A DNA stretch of 58,346 nt, the filler included, from Dugesia japonica (lineage: Eukaryota), in the NCBI GenBank assembly GCA_001938525.1. It is 5 parts of 5 records of this genome, joined end to end, with 100 filler letters (N's around TTAATTAATTAA, not from the genome) between each part and the next. Parts side by side here need not be neighbours in the genome. Positions count along the whole stretch, not along the records: positions 46,639 to 58,346 come from MQRL01552819.1; 4 more parts are not named here. One strand, 5' to 3'. Each line of letters begins with the position of its first letter. Positions within the stretch are counted from its first letter, which is position 1. Positions 53,449 to 58,346 of this stretch are shown one piece after another. The position numbers were made by a program, and so were the translations under genes. Below the pieces are notes generated by a model. That model did no database searches. It was given only the letters and a program-made list of their open reading frames with translations, and had not been told where the DNA came from.

Positions 53449-54550
53449 TTACACTAATAGTGTTCTGTTTGCTTTAATTTGGATTTCAGTTTCAAATACT
53501 CCATAAATAATTACATATGTCGCTGCACTCAAAGCTTTTGCAAACCTAATATCCAATCGTAAATTTCCCTGTTAAGGTTATTGACTCTGATTTTTCGAAA
53601 TCCGGAGCCAATACAAATGTAAAGAATGGATACTTGCTTTTGAATTCTTCAAGTGTTATTCCGCAATTCATATTCTTATCCAAATATACCATATTTTTTT
53701 ACTATGGAATGCTTATATGTTGTACTATAACTATCTTTTTCGAGATCCTGAATATTATTTTCTCGATAATCAATGATTTTCGATAAATGTATTGAATTAA
53801 CACCCAAATGATGAAATATCGAACTAGATCTTTTTAACTACCATTATATTTTTCTCCAGTTTGAAATTTTACCAATATAAATTTGGGTAATGACGATCAC
53901 CAAATATTTGTTCTTTTTAAAATGATGTACTATCTTTACATATTGCATATGCAACAATTTCCTTTGTTTTTAGGGGATAAACTGCATTTTGTTTGTTTAA
54001 TCCAACTTGATGTCCGACCAATACAGAATGATGTCCGACACGTACTCGCCTGACCATCAATTTAGCATCCAACAATTGATATTTCGGTTCATCATTTGCT
54101 GATTCTAAAAACATTCTAGGATTGTCTCTTTTCATTCGAATAGGAACATTGAAATTTCGATTGATCTATATAATCTAATTGCAATTAAACATAGAGACAC
54201 TGATTAGGATTTTTTAATAGAAATATTTCAAATTTAATCTGATCCATACCCCATTGCTGCAAGATATATTTTTACTATCTCAATGTAATTTAAAATTGTT
54301 TCAATCAATACTTTTTGAATATGAATGCCATTCTAACCATCAATTTTAATAGTATTAAATGACATAATTACATCTTTAAATTTACATTTACATATCCTTC
54401 ATCATATGTGTTTTCCAATAAACTGTAGAATTATTATAAGCATATGCCTTTAGTGACATTGATTTACTCAATCTCGAGAGTAATGAATTTATTAGCCATT
54501 TATCCCACGAACTAATCTCCTGTATAACCATACCAAATGGACTTCTTTTC
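53449..54550 (-). pseudogene. Polinton-type major capsid protein (double jelly-roll MCP)
   Basis: IETILNY; KYQLLDAKLMVRRVRV..SVLVGHQVGLNKQNAVYPL; CGITLEEFKSKYPFFTFVLAPD; GNLRLDIRFAKALSAATYVIIYGVFETEIQI. These match Polinton MCP conserved blocks. Deleted and frameshifted. Confidence 0.85.
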
Positions 54551-54586
54551 AAATAAAAAAGCTACTAAATAAAAAATTATTAATAG

Positions 54587-57110
54587 TGTTGGGATGAAAC
54601 ACCCAGCGGAATCAATTCTAAGTAAAAAGGGGTCATGAATGACCAAGTATCAAATAGAAAATTACCAGAGTAAACATGGTAAGAAAAACCAGAATGAAAA
54701 ATCCAGACAATCACAAGAAGCGAGACTGGAAAATTCGAAAGATCAAATTAAAAGTGATTAATTGTAAGAATAGCAAAATTAATAAAATTATTGAAGAAAA
54801 AAAAGAACAACAAAAAAAAAGTAAAAGAAAGAAATACAAAAAAATAAAATGTAATTTAAACGAGAAAATTAATTAAAATTGAACCTAAAAATTGTTATGT
54901 GCGAATAACTCCGAGCAGGAAAGTCGGAGAGGATCCGATTAAGAAAATATGGAAAGAGAACTATAAGAAGCATCGAACCTGCTAGAAATGAAAAACTTAA
55001 CATCCTTCCGATGGTTGCTGCAGGGCTTCCAAGATCAGGCCAATAATAACTCTAAAAATAAAACAAAGACACAATGGTCAGGTGTCATGATAAAAATAAC
55101 TACCAATGGCAGCACCAAAATTTGTAGAAAATTTTTGAAAATGGGCTATGGAACCAATAAAAGCCGAAAACGTTGATCTAAAAATAATCAACAAATCCGG
55201 AAAAAGTTGGGGTGTTAAGAAAATCCTATTAAAAGAACCCTGAATTTAGAAGAAATAATCACAAAAAAATCACTTTAACTACAAAATTTTAATTATGCTT
55301 GTGACAAGGGTAATTGTATCAGAATAGTTATCGGGAAAAGAGAGAACTCACTAATCGACTCACGAATAATCGTCAACTATCCAAAAGGAAATCGAGTTTA
55401 CCGGAATACCATTGAGTAAAATTCTAATTATTTTGGTCTTGATTAATCTTGTTCCAAAGAAAGTTTATTAGTCCTTGCAGAAATTCATTCGCGAACCAAG
55501 TGTTCAGTTGATCAACAATCGAATCCTTTGCAAAACCTGTTGCAGAAATTTTACAGAAATATTACAAAGTAAATTATTATTTTTAATTGTGTGAAAGTGG
55601 TATAATTGTTAACGATGAATATCATTTATCTTAATAAAATTTGTTCATGTTAAAAAAACGTACCTTATTATTTTTTTTAATAAATCATGAATCATTGTGA
55701 GATAAATCCCGTTCAAACTAAGAATCTCTTGAAATTATCGATTACTAAAACAGTAACCGTTTTTCTTTTATATGCACCAATAATATGATGTACGTAAATA
55801 TGGTAATTCTAACATATATGTCGCTGGATTAATATTACAGCTGGATTCCAGAATTTAAACGGGGCTTAATCTCCTTTTGATAATTTTACCATCAACGCCT
55901 TGACCAAAGCATAATAATAAAATAATCAATTAAGAAAACCATTTCCAATTATTTATTTAAGAAAATTAATAAAATTACAACTTACTGCAGTTGATTCCAA
56001 TGAAATCATGGAGAGATGGCAATCAAATAATTTCCAATAATAACCGTAATACACTCTGATCTATTAAAATCTCATTGATTAGAGTGGCAGCCAAATTTTT
56101 GTGGCTAGACTGTATAAGAGTGAAAAACTTTTTCTCGTTTAGTATGTACGTTATAAAGAAAATTTTTCTTTTAACATGTGAAAATCCCCAAACATTACTA
56201 AGCTTGATCAGTCGAGATTCCTATCATTATTAGTGGTGTGACTAGTTGATATTATCTACTTTAGTTAGATTACCTGTCTATACACACACGAGATTAAATT
56301 GGCAAGCACACACTCCAAAAAGTAAGATCTATATACTCCGTTAAAACAATATCACTAAGCAACTATAACAGGCAGAAATTCAAAATTAGAAAAACTAGAA
56401 ATAATCTTAATTTTCCCTTTTGTGCTTTTATTATTATTATAATTATTGTTGCTTTTATTGATGAAAATTAATGTTATAACAGCTATAATAACCAGTGTTA
56501 CAGGAATTTGGCCATTAATAGTAATAACGTTTTTGCAGGAATAGGCGTCAACTTGTTAGAGTAATCGGTAAGTTAAATTAAATATTAGGCTGGTTACCAT
56601 TCCGAATTAGAATTGGTGACATCAGATGCGTCACCCACGTTATGGTCATACTTCCATGGGCCATCACGGTATCTTTATCCCGAATATTATGAATAGAAAA
56701 TTATTTTGATACACACTTTTGCGGTGATAGTAACTATCATTTTATACTAGAATTAACATAACCCTCACCACCAGGTTGCGATAATCTTGGGTAACGATCC
56801 CCCCTTTGATGACTACCTTTCTATGATATGACACCTATCAAATAACAAGCTGTTACAATAAATTTGATCCGGGGAATTAAGTCAGGAGGAAGACACCGCA
56901 ATTAACAATTTTCTCCTTTAGCTCATCCCGACAGAATTAGATCATGCATTGCGTTGGATAAAAAAGCACCGCCAGACTAGCCGGTTCAAACAGTGGTTAG
57001 CCCACTTTCTCACCAAGGGAAAAATTGAACACCCGGACGAGACAGACCTGTGCTGTCTCGCCGAGATGTTCCCCTTGGAACGGAAAGTAGATCAGGATGA
57101 GTGATGACAA
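54587..57110 (+). mobile_element. Unclassified TGTTGGG-initiated element, copy B (right end not identified)
   Basis: Starts tgttgggatgaaacacccag versus tgttggggtgaaatacccag in copy A. Shares the LQGF..AN....NKTKT and GK(I/V)EHPDETDL peptides with copy A. Confidence 0.5.
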
Positions 57111-57226
57111 TTATTTCGTGGATAGTTATCTGGTAAAATGATTTTTTGAATAAAATTCCGAATAGTGTGTTAGTCATGCATTGAAGTGTTTCTTGTATTT
57201 GTATAATGTGTTAATTGAGTTTACTA

Positions 57227-57560
57227 TTATTTCGTCATTCTTAGAAATGGAATGGGGGCGAGTCGTGGATAGGTGAACCCGTCGAATAAATTTCCGACGG
57301 CACCACAATCCCTACAATCAAGATGCCGGAATCCTGGTAGACCGGTCGAATCTACCTCCAGTCGAAGCAGCTGTTGCTCGTATTCAGTGCTTTTGAGAGC
57401 GACTAAATTATCACCAGTGGAATGGTCCGGAGCGTAGCATCGCCACTCCATTTCGGTACCAACCTCCAGCTCCTCCACCAGTAGTTCAAGCCTTTAGCTA
57501 ATATGCTCTGGGGCGTTAGGGAACCTTCCGGGGTGGCGGATGTGGAAAATACAGTTCCCC
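57227..57560 (-). CDS. Orphan GC-richer ORF with a CxxC motif
   Basis: WRCYAPDHSTGD...RHLDCRDCGAVG. Its composition contrasts with the flanks. No family recognised. Confidence 0.35.
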
Positions 57561-58346
57561 TGATACTACCACTCCTGACTCTTAAAGTTATTCATAATCA
57601 TTAAATTTGTGTTTCTTTGAATAAATAAGTGTCTTATCAGTGTTAATATGCTTTTTGGTCCCTTGCGAGGATTACCTCTAATATTGTTTTTCAGTGCTTT
57701 TATGCTTTTAGTAGAGTTGAACAGATATTAGAGGATTAATCAGCAAGTCGATGAAGAGAAATAATTCTTATGATATTTTCTTTTAGTGCATTCATCGTTA
57801 AATCGACCCCCAGCTCCAACCAAGAAAATCCGAGACACTAGCNAGGACCGCAAAATGACGTGGGACCTCTACCGACTCGCCAAACGACGTTGGGAGGCAG
57901 AAGTGGCCACTGCGGTTATAAGAAAAAATGTGTTCTTTTTAGGAAGGAAGCGCAGGCCTCTCATTTATAGGAGCGCACTTGGAAAAAACAAGTGGAATCT
58001 TTTTCAGAGATCATCCGGTCCAATAATGACCGAGAAAGTAACGACATTTTTATTCTCCGGGAGAAAATCCCACTCGATTCGCTAATGATCGACAAAGGTA
58101 CTCAGACTAGCCGCTCATAGCTTGATGGTGCATTATTGATTGAATTAATAAATTATCTAACTGTCACTCGTTATTCCCGCTTCGTAGCTTAAGTATTCAT
58201 TAATTTAATTATAATTTTTCTTTAGTGCTTCAAATTGCGTTTCCTACCAGTTTGAGGAGGTGCCACTGCATGTTACGCCGCCTGTTATTAGAGCGACACT
58301 TAAAACGCAAAGCAGACCAAGCTCTCCTTAAGCACCTTGACCAAAG

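Noticed and set aside
29665-54550. A single complete Polinton spanning pPolB to MCP
   Set aside because: Two artificial contig spacers separate them, and no integrase, ATPase or TIRs were seen.

Overview
Very AT-rich eukaryotic DNA with tiny GT-AG introns (30-82 bp), probably from an invertebrate; a planarian is plausible but is inference only. The window is not one continuous locus. Four identical 100-bp spacers (44N-TTAATTAATTAA-44N) divide it into five contigs: 1-9621, 9722-20594, 20695-34936, 35037-46538 and 46639-58346. Contig 1 holds nested mariner, minisatellite and Merlin relics plus three intact Dishevelled exons (PDZ to DEP). Contig 2 is mostly non-coding with MITE and mariner relics. 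Contig 3 holds a divergent spliced dynamin/Drp1-like GTPase with a Penelope-like retroelement in one intron, next to a decayed intron-bearing Polinton/Maverick segment (pPolB). Contig 4 holds a foldback-like long-inverted-repeat element and a Gypsy pol relic. Contig 5 holds a co-oriented run of Polinton-type major capsid protein, adenain-like protease, a micro-exon gene and a CRESS-virus-like HUH/SF3 Rep, interrupted and bordered by two related TGTTGGG-terminated elements with orphan ORFs. The best candidates for a new system are (i) a virus-like element pairing a rolling-circle Rep with a Polinton capsid/protease module and (ii) a dynamin carried as Maverick cargo. Both rest on adjacency only. 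All protein assignments come from manual motif recognition; no database search was run.
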